Under the pieces are notes generated by a model. That model searched no databases. It saw only the letters and a list, made by a program, of their open reading frames with translations, and had not been told where the DNA came from. 64,000 bases of DNA from an uncultured Collinsella sp. (GTDB taxonomy: Bacteria; Actinomycetota; Coriobacteriia; Coriobacteriales; Coriobacteriaceae), in contig UQTU01000001.1 in NCBI GenBank assembly GCA_900544135.1, positions 47,678-111,677 of the forward strand, read 5' to 3'. Shown piece after piece: positions 11,879 through 20,836 of this stretch. Both the position numbers and the translations under genes were made by a program. Position 1 is the first letter of the stretch. Each line of letters opens with the position of its first letter.

Positions 11879-12628
11879 GTGCAGTGTGAGGCAATTGCTG
11901 AACGCGCAACAGGTGAAAATACCGTCCTGGAGTCGCTGTGCGACTTAGTGACCGAGAAAGCCGATTGCAGCGAAGCGGACTTCGATACCTATGTTTCTAC
12001 CGAGTCCCTCCTCCCTAACAAAATGGGCAGGCAGATAGCGTCGTCCCTACCTCAAACAGGGAAAGTGACGGTTTATCAAGCTGGGGATATTCTGATCTCC
12101 AATATCCGCCCCTATTTCAAGAAAATTTGGTACGCGGACCAAGCTGGAACGTGTTCCGGCGATGTTCTCGTATTTAGGGCAAAGCAACCAGAATGGGCGG
12201 GCTACCTTTATTCTTGCCTGCGCAATGATTCCTTTTTCGACTTCGTCATGAAGGGGGCTAAAGGCACCAAGATGCCGCGAGGCGACAAGAAGCAGATGCT
12301 TACCTACGTAGTCAGCGCCAGCCCAAACCAATTGGTAATCGGTTTCATGGCATCGGCGCTCAAGCACATATCAACCGCAAACAAAGAGAGTGAACATCTT
12401 GCTGCTCTTCGTGACGCCCTTCTCCCCAAGCTCATGTCCGGAGAGGTTGACGTCTCAAAGGTCAATCTCACGCAGCTAAATAGCCATTTAGCTGAGATCC
12501 TACGGCCATTCGGATGCCATATCCCCGCAATACAAAAACGGGGCAGCCCGCACTCCTGCGAACCGCCCCGTACCCCTGGCTATCGCGTCATAAGACCAAC
12601 CAGCACCACTCCCCTACTTCCCAAATAG
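11879..12628 (+). other. Silent hsdS cassette (TRD2b plus C-terminal conserved helix); no own start codon or SD
   Basis: TRD-like body ending LAALRDALLPKLMSGEVDVSKVNLTQLNSHLAEIL..., which parallels the end of the active hsdS (LVTLRDTLLPKLMSGEIDVSKVDLTQLNSHLA). It is preceded by site C (read as NGYLAV) and followed by site D. Confidence 0.55.
12474..12493. repeat. Crossover-site copy D (agctaaatAGCCatttagct), at the C-terminal helix of the TRD2b cassette
   Basis: Identical 20-mer to copy B; core AGCC. Confidence 0.55.
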
Positions 12629-13951
12629 CGCACCCAGCAGACCGCGGCGTTTGGGCTTTTCCTCTCGGTAGCAACCCTCGGCTGCTGCTGCCACCTGCCG
12701 CGGCTGCTCGCCACCTCCGCGGCGTACGATCTGGTATAGGAACGGCGACTTAACGTATTTGACCTCGATGGGCGTGGCGTGCACGGTGCTCTCGCCGGAC
12801 AGATGAAGGCTCAGGTTGAGCGGCGCCACGATATGCGTCTCGCGCTTGTCGCTAAACACCACCGCGGCCGCGCGGCCCGTCTGGCCGTTCACGGCGATGC
12901 GCACCTGCTCGCCGTCGCGGCTGTCCGTTGCCGGACGGTCGACAAAGTAAACCGGCACCATCACCAGACCGTCCTTATGCTTGCGAGCCTTGCGCGCCCA
13001 GGTGCGGATGCTCTTTTTATTGAGCCCCAGTACAACCTCGGCGTCGTTGCCCGCAACGTCGAGCGCCAGCTTATCAATGACCACCTGGTCCTTGGCAGAC
13101 GCATCGACGGAGACGACGCGAAAGTCACCTTCCTGCATGGCAGGGTCAAACGGCCCAACCTTGGCATAGTCCCACGGCTCCAAAATGCCCATGAGACGAA
13201 CGTCCAGGTAGTTTGCCCTGGGGTATGCCCAGTCGAGCACCTCGTAGTACACCAGGGTCTCCTTGCTCAGGCCCTTGCCCGGGAAGCTCGCCATCATACG
13301 CAGGTCCGCCAGCGCCATGGGGAAATAGAAGAGCATCATGTCGTTTTGGATCGCGTCTTCCACGTCGTGCCCGGCAAAGGCATCCGGGTACTGGCGCACC
13401 AGCTGCAGCGCGTTGGCACGTGCCTGCTGCGGCGAGATTTCGCAGGGAATACCCTGCTCCGGCACATACTCCGCACCCACACCCATGGTCAGACGTTTGC
13501 TAAACGTACCGGGCTTGAGCAGGTCGGCAATGCCGATCTTGTTGCCGCAGGACGGGCACTCAAACACACGCTGCGTTGACTCGCCCTCAAAGGACGCTCC
13601 GCAGAAGGGGCAAGGAATGCTCACATACGTGGCCTCTTGGAACTCCTGCGCCGTGCCGCGATCCTCCCACAGCAGATGTTCCAGGACCGACTGATTGCGC
13701 CAGTGCGAATTGAAGAAATACCAGTCCGGGTCCTCCGGGCGCTCGAGTTGCGACACATGCGTGAGCTTGAGCAGTCCATCCACCACCGTCAACGGCGTAT
13801 GGCGAATGCCCAAAGCGCTCTTGGGCTCTCCGGCGTCCGCCTGCCACGGAATGACCGCGCCGCAATAGGCGCACTCAAAGCTGCGCTTAGCCTGGTGCGA
13901 GTACATAGGGCCGCCGCAGTTTTGACATTTAATGGCAAACATCTCGTCCAT
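12614..13951 (-). CDS. Hypothetical protein with two zinc-ribbon motifs
   Basis: CQNCGG...CAYCG and CPFCG...CPSCG pairs. Start taken at the ATG at 13951, which has SD AAGGAGG 7 nt upstream. No other recognisable domain. Confidence 0.5.
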   Translation of the reverse strand: MDEMFAIKCQNCGGPMYSHQAKRSFECAYCGAVIPWQADAGEPKSALGIRHTPLTVVDGLLKLTHVSQLERPEDPDWYFFNSHWRNQSVLEHLLWEDRGTAQEFQEATYVSIPCPFCGASFEGESTQRVFECPSCGNKIGIADLLKPGTFSKRLTMGVGAEYVPEQGIPCEISPQQARANALQLVRQYPDAFAGHDVEDAIQNDMMLFYFPMALADLRMMASFPGKGLSKETLVYYEVLDWAYPRANYLDVRLMGILEPWDYAKVGPFDPAMQEGDFRVVSVDASAKDQVVIDKLALDVAGNDAEVVLGLNKKSIRTWARKARKHKDGLVMVPVYFVDRPATDSRDGEQVRIAVNGQTGRAAAVVFSDKRETHIVAPLNLSLHLSGESTVHATPIEVKYVKSPFLYQIVRRGGGEQPRQVAAAAEGCYREEKPKRRGLLGALFGK

Positions 13952-14169
13952 GGAAACGTCCTCCTTTGCACAGGGGCTATCGACGTTAAGTATGTCGAGC
14001 AAACAGGCACATGCCCATACCCATGTGGCCCAAAATGGACCACCCAGGCAGACGAGAAGGCTCGCTCGTTAGCACCGGCAGACCATTACTGCATTTTCTG
14101 AGCATCGGTGCACAGCGCCTCCGCGCGAGCTACACTATCCCCTTAAACATGATTGTGAGGACGACCGCT

Positions 14170-15351
14170 ATGCTATTTGTAAATCGGCTGGTACATACGC
14201 TTGTTCCCGGCAGCGAGGGCGAGCCGGTCGATACCTCCTGCCGCACCAACGCGGGCTTCGCCGCAAGCCTCATCTGCATTGGCCTCAACATCACTCTGTG
14301 CCTGGCCAAGGGCATCGCGGGCCTGCTCGCCGGCTCTGTCTCGCTCATCGCCGACGCCTTCAACAACCTCTCCGACGCCTCGAGCAACATCGTGAGCCTG
14401 CTCGGGTTCCGCCTTGCCAGCCGCCCGGCAGACGAAGGCCACCCCTATGGCCACGGTCGCTACGAGTACCTAGCCGGTCTGTTCGTCGCCGTCCTGGTTT
14501 GCGCCGTCGGCATCAACCTGATCCTCGAGTCGGTCACTAAGATCATCAAGCCTTCCCCCACTGCATATTCGGTGCTCTCCTTAGCCGCCCTCGTCTTGTC
14601 CATGCTCGTTAAGCTCTGGATGGCCGCGTTCAACCGCACGTTGGGCGACCGCATCGACTCGGAGACGCTCATCGCCACAGCACAGGACTCCAAAAACGAC
14701 GTCATCACCTCGGGATCGGTCCTGGCCGCAGCGCTTATTTCGCAGACGACCGGCTTTGACCTCGACGGCTGGGCGGGCCTGGGCGTGGGCGTCTTCATCT
14801 GCATCAGTGGCATGGGCCTGGTGCGCGACGCCATCAGCCCGTTGCTGGGGCAAGCGCCCGATCCCAAGCTCGTCCAGGCAATCCGCGACAAGATCATGTC
14901 CTATCCGCAGGTCTTGGGCACACACGACCTGATGGTGCACGACTACGGCCCCGGTCGTCAGTTTGCCAGCGCCCACGTGGAGATGCCCGGCGAGGGCGAC
15001 GCGTTTGAACATCACGAGATCCTGGACACCATCGAGCACGACATCAAGCGCCAGATGGGCATTGACATCACGCTGCACTGCGACCCCATCGCGACAACCG
15101 GCGATGATTTGCGCGGCTGGGTCAAGCGCGGCATCATGCAGATCGACCCCGCACTCTCCATCCACGACCTGCACGAGCACGACGGGTTCGTTTCGTTTGA
15201 CCTGGTGCGTCCCGACGGCTTTAATACATCCGACGAGGAGCTGCTGGAGCTCGTCACGCGCATCGTGCACGAGCGCCGGCCCAACGTCTCGTGCGTCGTC
15301 ACATTTGATTCGGGCTTCAGCTCGCCCGAGCGTCCGGCCGAGCAGCTGTAG
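14170..15351 (+). CDS. Cation diffusion facilitator (CDF) family metal efflux transporter
   Basis: TM region with the CDF signature (SLIADAFNNLSDASSNIVSLLGFRLASRPADEGHPYGHGRYEYLAGL) and a C-terminal cytoplasmic domain. Start is uncertain (14149 or 14170). The tracked 14011 start gives an implausibly long leader. Confidence 0.75.
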   Translation: MLFVNRLVHTLVPGSEGEPVDTSCRTNAGFAASLICIGLNITLCLAKGIAGLLAGSVSLIADAFNNLSDASSNIVSLLGFRLASRPADEGHPYGHGRYEYLAGLFVAVLVCAVGINLILESVTKIIKPSPTAYSVLSLAALVLSMLVKLWMAAFNRTLGDRIDSETLIATAQDSKNDVITSGSVLAAALISQTTGFDLDGWAGLGVGVFICISGMGLVRDAISPLLGQAPDPKLVQAIRDKIMSYPQVLGTHDLMVHDYGPGRQFASAHVEMPGEGDAFEHHEILDTIEHDIKRQMGIDITLHCDPIATTGDDLRGWVKRGIMQIDPALSIHDLHEHDGFVSFDLVRPDGFNTSDEELLELVTRIVHERRPNVSCVVTFDSGFSSPERPAEQL

Positions 15352-15363
15352 CCCGCTTAACAG

Positions 15364-16353
15364 CTAGTTTCCCTGCGCGCCCGAGATGCCGTTTTGTAGG
15401 GCGTTCCAGGCATCCGTCGCCATGTCGCCCAAGTTCTGAGCGGTGTCGCCCAGGTTCTGAGCCGTATCACCCAGCTCTTGGGCCTTATCCCCAAGCTCCT
15501 GTGCCTTGTTGCTCAAGTCCTCCAGCGTATTGGAGCTCGAGCTGTCGGTACCGCTTTGGCCGTCGGACGAGTTGCCCGAGCTGTTCTTGTGCGTGAGCTG
15601 AATTTCGAGGTTGCCGCTGTCGTTATAGTAAGCAGAAGTAACGACCCAGTTGGCATCGACGACGGGCGTTGAGCCATCATCAGTCAGGACCACGGCATTC
15701 GAAAGATCGGCGCCGCGCGACTTGAGGAGCTTCTTGGCGTTGGACCAGTACTGCCCCGGGATATCGCTCAGATCGACGGTGCTAGACGAGGCGGACTCGG
15801 TTTGCTCGGCAGTAGTATCGGCCGTTGAACTCCCTCGCTTGTTGAGCATGCCCGACACAATGGCAAACACAACCGACAGCGCAAAGAAGATCGCCAGCAC
15901 GATGAGAATCTTCTTGATCACGCTCGACGAACGCGACAGCTTCTTCTCCTCGTCCTCGCCATATTGCGGAATCGACTTGGGGTACTCGCGATACGGCTCG
16001 CGTGACTCGTAGCGAGGCTGCGCCGTGCGAGGCATATACGTCGTCTGCTGAGGCTGCGGAATGGGATTCTGCGGCAGGTCATCATAGGGATTCGGTGTCG
16101 AGACGACATAAGAATCCTGCGGCGCGTAATCAAACGGGTCCGGAGTTGCGTTGCCATAGGGGCCTTGCGAAGATGCAGCGTAAGAATCCCGCGCTGTGTC
16201 GCCATAGCCCATAACCCGGGTTGGCTCGGCAGAAGGCTGCGTCGCGGCGGGGTCGGTATAACCGGGGTTGGGAACAACGCGGGTCGCATCGGCGCTATCG
16301 CCAGCCTGCGCGGAGCCGTAGCCGCCCATCACGGTTGTCTTGTCCTGATCCAT
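15364..16353 (-). CDS. Membrane-anchored protein with a Pro/Gln/Tyr-rich N-terminal region, one TM helix and a C-terminal heptad-repeat tail
   Basis: TM segment ILIVLAIFFALSVVFAIVSGML. C-terminus KAQELGDKAQELGDTAQNLGDTAQNLGD encoded by tandem 21-bp DNA repeats. Confidence 0.5.
   Translation of the reverse strand: MDQDKTTVMGGYGSAQAGDSADATRVVPNPGYTDPAATQPSAEPTRVMGYGDTARDSYAASSQGPYGNATPDPFDYAPQDSYVVSTPNPYDDLPQNPIPQPQQTTYMPRTAQPRYESREPYREYPKSIPQYGEDEEKKLSRSSSVIKKILIVLAIFFALSVVFAIVSGMLNKRGSSTADTTAEQTESASSSTVDLSDIPGQYWSNAKKLLKSRGADLSNAVVLTDDGSTPVVDANWVVTSAYYNDSGNLEIQLTHKNSSGNSSDGQSGTDSSSSNTLEDLSNKAQELGDKAQELGDTAQNLGDTAQNLGDMATDAWNALQNGISGAQGN
15424..15528. repeat. Five tandem 21-bp repeats that encode the heptad tail (AQELGDK/AQNLGDT)
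   Basis: Units gtcgcccaagttctgagcggt, gtcgcccaggttctgagccgt, atcacccagctcttgggcctt, atccccaagctcctgtgcctt, gttgctcaagtcctccagcgt. Confidence 0.7.
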
Positions 16354-16470
16354 GCAACGATTCCTTTCCGTCGCGCGTGAGCATCAAGTTATCCATGCAT
16401 TCTACCCGCGCAAAAGCCTATGATGGGCAGAGCCCGTCGGTATCTACAAGACATGCGCGGGCCTAAGGAT

Positions 16471-16507
16471 AAAAAAGCCCCGCCGGGCCTTGTGGGCACG
16501 GCGGGGC
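16471..16507 (-). terminator. Rho-independent terminator downstream of fhs
   Basis: On the minus strand: GCCCCGCCG, loop, CGGCGGGGC, followed by UUUUUUAUCC. Confidence 0.65.
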
Positions 16508-16532
16508 GGACAAGCAGCTATGGGCAGCAGGC

Positions 16533-18200
16533 TTAGAACAGGCCGGTGATGTTGCCGTCGTTGTCGACGTCGATGTTCTCGGCCGCAGGGACCTTGGGCA
16601 GGCCCGGCATGGTCAGAACACTGCCAGTCAGTGCGACCACAAAGTGGGCACCGGCGGAAACCTTGAGCTCGCGCACCGTGATGCGGAAGTTCTCGGGAGC
16701 GCCCAGGGCCTTGGCGTTGTCGCTAAAGCTGTACTGCGTCTTGGCCACGCACACCGGCAGGTTGCCAAAGCCGTTCTCGCGCAGCTCGGCGAGCTGGCGC
16801 TTGGCGGCCGGCGTAAAGTCAACACCGTCGGCGCGGTAGACCTTGGTGGCAATGGCCTCAAGAGCGTCGGCCACATCGGCGCCGTCCTCATAGGCAAACT
16901 TGAGCTCGCTCGGCTGCTCAATCAGACGCATGACCTCATCGGCAAGCTCGAGCGCGCCCTCGCCGCCCTTGGCCCAGACCTCGGAAAGCTTAACGTTGAC
17001 GCCGAGCTTCTGACACTCGGACTCGATGAGCGCAAGCTCGGCCTCGGTGTCCGTCGGGAAGCGGTTGATGGCGACTAGGCAGGGCAGACCATAAACGTTC
17101 TGGATGTTGTCGACGTGACGCAGCAGGTTGGGCATGCCGGCCTTGAGTGCCTCGAGGTTCTCCTCGTTGAGGTCGGCCTTGGCGACGCCACCGTTGTACT
17201 TCAGCGCACGAGCGGTCGCGACGACCACGACGGCGCTGGGGCGAACGCCCGTCATACGGCACTTGATGTCGAGGAACTTCTCGGCACCCAGATCGGCACC
17301 GAAGCCGGCCTCGGTAATGGCGACATCGCCAAAGCGCATCGCCATACGCGTGGCCATGATAGAGTTGCAGCCGTGGGCAATGTTGGCGAAGGGACCGCCG
17401 TGGACAAACGCGGGCGTGCCCTCAAGCGTTTGCACCAGGTTGGGCTTGAGCGCGTCCTTAAGCAACGCGGCCATGGCACCCTGGGCCTTAAGGTCGCGGG
17501 CACGGACGGGCTCGCCGGCAAAGCTGTAGCCGACGACGATCTCGCCCAGGCGCTCCTTGAGGTCGTTAATGCTCGTAGACAGGCACAGGATTGCCATGAC
17601 CTCGGAGGCGACGGTGATATCGAAGCCGTCCTCGCGCGGCACGCCCTGGGCCTTACCGCCAATACCGTCGATGACGTGGCGCAGCTGACGGTCGTTCATA
17701 TCGACGACGCGCTTCCAAGTGATGCGCTTAACGTCGATGCCAAGCTGATTGCCCTGCTGAATATGGTTGTCGAGCATGGCGGCCAGCAGGTTGTTGGCAG
17801 CACCGATGGCATGGAAGTCGCCGGTAAAGTGCAGGTTGATATCCTCCATGGGGATAACCTGAGCCCAGCCGCCGCCGGCAGCACCGCCCTTAACACCAAA
17901 GACGGGGCCGAGCGAAGGCTCGCGCAGGGCCACGGCACTCTTGACGCCGCGACGACGCAGGCCATCGGCCAGACCGATGGTCGTGGTGGTCTTGCCCTCG
18001 CCCGCAGGCGTTGGGTTGATAGCGGTCACGAGGACGAGCTTGGCCTGGTGATCGGTCGGCTCGTTGAGCAGCGAATAGTCGACCTTAGCCTTGTCGAAGC
18101 CGTACGGAATAAGGTGCTTAACGTCGACGCCGGCGTTCTTGGCCACCTCGGTAATAGGCAGCGGCGTGACAGAACGTGCGATTTCGATGTCAGTAGGCAT
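16533..18200 (-). CDS. fhs: Formate--tetrahydrofolate ligase
   Basis: Full-length match to the FTHFS family ([21 protein letters not shown]..., P-loop [17 protein letters not shown]). Start at the ATG at 18200, which has SD AAAGGA upstream. Confidence 0.9.
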   Translation of the reverse strand: MPTDIEIARSVTPLPITEVAKNAGVDVKHLIPYGFDKAKVDYSLLNEPTDHQAKLVLVTAINPTPAGEGKTTTTIGLADGLRRRGVKSAVALREPSLGPVFGVKGGAAGGGWAQVIPMEDINLHFTGDFHAIGAANNLLAAMLDNHIQQGNQLGIDVKRITWKRVVDMNDRQLRHVIDGIGGKAQGVPREDGFDITVASEVMAILCLSTSINDLKERLGEIVVGYSFAGEPVRARDLKAQGAMAALLKDALKPNLVQTLEGTPAFVHGGPFANIAHGCNSIMATRMAMRFGDVAITEAGFGADLGAEKFLDIKCRMTGVRPSAVVVVATARALKYNGGVAKADLNEENLEALKAGMPNLLRHVDNIQNVYGLPCLVAINRFPTDTEAELALIESECQKLGVNVKLSEVWAKGGEGALELADEVMRLIEQPSELKFAYEDGADVADALEAIATKVYRADGVDFTPAAKRQLAELRENGFGNLPVCVAKTQYSFSDNAKALGAPENFRITVRELKVSAGAHFVVALTGSVLTMPGLPKVPAAENIDVDNDGNITGLF

Positions 18201-18344
18201 GGGCGGTCCTTTCGTTACCGAATGAGAAAAAGACCAATTCAGCATAGCACGGGCGCGCAATAGTAAAACACCCGTAACCGATGAATGGCGATATGTTTAC
18301 CCGATGCCCGGCGATAGCCCAACAGCCCGCCAAAACAAAGCGCC

Positions 18345-19415
18345 CTAAACGGTAGGTTCAATCCCCAGGTGCTCAAAGGTGCGAAGGGTTGCCTGACGGC
18401 CCTGCGGCGTACGAATCATCAACCCGCACTGCAGCAAATAGGGCTCATAGACATCCTCGAGCGTGCCCGGGTCCTCGCCCACCGCGCTGGCAAGGGTCGT
18501 AAGTCCTACGGCACGACCGGAGAACGTCTTAGCGAGTGTCTCCAAAATGCGAATATCCATCCAGTCCAGACCAAGCTCATCGATCTCGAAGAACTCGAGC
18601 GCCTGGCGGCAGATATCGAGCTCGATAGGGCCGTTGCCGCGCACCTGTGCGTAATCGCGCACGCGCTTGAGCAGGCGGTTGGCAAGACGTGGCGTGCCGC
18701 GCGAACGCGAGCCGATCTCGAGCGCACTGGGGTGGTCGATCGTCACGCCCAGGATGGACGCCGAGCGCGTCACAATCTGCGCGAGTTCTTCGACCGTGTA
18801 GTAATCCAGGCGATATGAAATGCCAAAGCGGTCGCGCAGCGGGCCAGTCAACATACCCGAGCGGGTCGTTGCCGCCACCAGCGTAAACTTGGGGATATCC
18901 AGGCGAATCGAGCGCGCCGCCGGACCCTTGCCAATCACGATATCGAGGGCAAAGTCCTCCATCGCGGGGTACAGGACTTCCTCGACCGAACGGTTGAGGC
19001 GGTGGATCTCGTCGATAAACAGCACATCACCCGGCTGCAGATTGGTAAGGATGGCCGCCAGGTCGCCCGTGCGCGCGATGGCGGGGCCACTCGTGGTCTT
19101 GATCTGAGCGCCCAGCTCGTTGGCGATAACGGTGGCCAGCGTGGTCTTGCCCAGGCCCGGAGGACCCGAGAAAATCACGTGGTCGAGCGTCTCCCCACGG
19201 CTCTGCGCCGCTTCGATCAACACGCGCAGGCTCTGCTTGATGTGCTCCTGGCCGCAGTAATCGTCCAAGCGCTGGGGGCGCAAAGTGCGGTCGACATCGA
19301 GGTCCTCGGCCGTCAGCTCCGAGCCCACCATGCGCTCGCCGTGCGCCATGGATGCCGCCGGCGAGTTGCCGGGCGTCGCCCACAGGTCCTGAGAGTCATC
19401 GGCTTCCCACATCAC
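18345..19415 (-). CDS. ruvB: Holliday junction branch-migration helicase RuvB
   Basis: AAA+ motifs ([20 protein letters not shown]) and RuvB C-terminal domains. Overlaps the ruvA stop. Confidence 0.9.
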   Translation of the reverse strand: MMWEADDSQDLWATPGNSPAASMAHGERMVGSELTAEDLDVDRTLRPQRLDDYCGQEHIKQSLRVLIEAAQSRGETLDHVIFSGPPGLGKTTLATVIANELGAQIKTTSGPAIARTGDLAAILTNLQPGDVLFIDEIHRLNRSVEEVLYPAMEDFALDIVIGKGPAARSIRLDIPKFTLVAATTRSGMLTGPLRDRFGISYRLDYYTVEELAQIVTRSASILGVTIDHPSALEIGSRSRGTPRLANRLLKRVRDYAQVRGNGPIELDICRQALEFFEIDELGLDWMDIRILETLAKTFSGRAVGLTTLASAVGEDPGTLEDVYEPYLLQCGLMIRTPQGRQATLRTFEHLGIEPTV

Positions 19416-20032
19416 GCATCCATTCCGAGTCGCTTAAGCGCCGCGCCGAGCAGATCCTCGACACGCATATCCTGCCCATCATACCCGCTCAGAGCGACAT
19501 CGGTCTCCTGCGGGCTAAAGCCCATGGAAAGGAGTGCCGCACGGGCGTCATCGATCGCCGAAGGAGCGGCGGCGGGCACGGGCATCGCAACCTGACCGGG
19601 GATGGCATCGACCGGCACAAAGCCCTTGTCCTTGGCAAAGGTGCTCTTGAGCTCCAAGATGAGGCGCTGGGCGGTCTTTTTGCCCACGCCGGGCACCTTG
19701 GCCATGCCCTTGTCGTCCTCGGCCATCACCAGGGAATACAGCTGTCCCACGGTATAGGTGGAAAGTACGGCGAGCGCCAAGCGCGGGCCAACGCCCGAGA
19801 CGGACACGAGCCGGTCGAACATCGTGCGCTCATCCTTTGAAGAAAAACCGAAAAGTGTCATGGCGTCCTCGCGCACCTGCATACGCGTGTAGAGGCGGAC
19901 CTCGCCGCCGGGCGTCGGCAACGTGGCCGCAGTGCTGCCCGAGATGCCGAGTTCAAAGCCAACGCCCGACACGTCGACGACGGCCGAGCTCATCGTGGCC
20001 TCGACAAGCGTTCCATGGAGCTGGGAAATCAT
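19412..20032 (-). CDS. ruvA: Holliday junction DNA-binding protein RuvA
   Basis: [11 protein letters not shown]..., HhH region ([31 protein letters not shown]). Its ATG overlaps the ruvC stop (ATGA). Confidence 0.85.
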   Translation of the reverse strand: MISQLHGTLVEATMSSAVVDVSGVGFELGISGSTAATLPTPGGEVRLYTRMQVREDAMTLFGFSSKDERTMFDRLVSVSGVGPRLALAVLSTYTVGQLYSLVMAEDDKGMAKVPGVGKKTAQRLILELKSTFAKDKGFVPVDAIPGQVAMPVPAAAPSAIDDARAALLSMGFSPQETDVALSGYDGQDMRVEDLLGAALKRLGMDA

Positions 20033-20553
20033 CAGTATCCGGTTCCTCTCTGTTGATAGAACTCGCCACCGGTAAGGGCACGGGTGCGGCTGAGGTTTAC
20101 GTGGCAGATGGCGCAAGCCAGGGCATCGGCGGCATGGTCGGGATGCGGGTCGTGGTCGAGCTGCGTGAGCGTACGAACCATATACGCGACCTGCCGTTTG
20201 TCCGCGGCTCCGGTGCCCACAACAGCCTGCTTAATCTGCATAGGCGTGTACTCGCCAATCTCGAGCGCGCATTCCGAAAGCGCCACGAGCGCGGCACCGC
20301 GGGCATGCGCCGTAGGGATGGCCGAGCGAACGTTGGCGCCAAAGTAAATGCTCTCGATGGCAGCGGTATCGGGTCGATAACGCTCCACGACGCCCTTGAG
20401 GTCGCGGGCGATATGCGACAGGCGCACCGCGAGCGGACTACCCGCGCTGGTCTCGATGCAGCCATAGGCACGGCAGCGAACCTCGCCACGCCGCTCCTCG
20501 ATAATCCCCCAACCCGTATGAGCCAAACCGGGGTCAATGCCCAAGATAACCAA
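20032..20553 (-). CDS. ruvC: Crossover junction endodeoxyribonuclease RuvC
   Basis: ILGIDPGLAHTGWGI N-terminus and C-terminal HDPHPDHAADALACAICH. Start taken at the TTG (20553-20551), which has SD GGAGG upstream. The tracked ORF begins slightly further upstream. Confidence 0.8.
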   Translation of the reverse strand: MVILGIDPGLAHTGWGIIEERRGEVRCRAYGCIETSAGSPLAVRLSHIARDLKGVVERYRPDTAAIESIYFGANVRSAIPTAHARGAALVALSECALEIGEYTPMQIKQAVVGTGAADKRQVAYMVRTLTQLDHDPHPDHAADALACAICHVNLSRTRALTGGEFYQQRGTGY

Positions 20554-20800
20554 GCCAACCTCCCCTCGCCACAAGCGCAGCGCAAGACAAGGCCCCGCGC
20601 ATCATTCACGAACGTCTGTTCTAGAATAACACAACGCTAGCCCTATAAGTCAGCCGAGATCGAATTGTAGGTTGAGCATACGCAAGCGAGCGCCCGCCAG
20701 AGCGAGCAAGGTGCCTTGAAAGAGGAGGGCATTGACCTGGTGGTCATGCCCGACGATTGAAAGGCAGATTGCCGCTCTGGCGGGCGCGCAGCGTCGACTC

Positions 20801-20836
20801 GTTACGCGGTTTGGCAAAACCGCGTAACCTTTTTAG
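20801..20836 (+). terminator. 11-bp-stem hairpin (ttacgcggttt/aaaccgcgtaa) followed by CTTTTT on the + strand, directly abutting the stop of the NadE-like gene
   Basis: Perfect inverted repeat 20801-20829 with T-run 20831-20835. Which transcript it terminates is unclear: no + strand gene lies upstream and the minus strand lacks a U-run after the stem. Confidence 0.3.

Noticed and set aside
11802-11909. Recombinase N-terminal extension MRVQQLPHTAQLNSHLLHYVQRAV... as genuine coding sequence
   Set aside because: This segment is the crossover site C read in the HsdS C-terminal-helix frame. A GTG with a strong SD lies at 11801, and it gives a typical ~318-aa tyrosine recombinase. The extension is kept as a finding rather than as protein sequence.
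14011-14169. Long N-terminal extension of the CDF transporter ORF (tracked start 14011)
   Set aside because: It would overlap the divergent zinc-ribbon gene start region and add about 50 non-conserved residues. The CDF family N-terminus aligns from about 14149/14170.
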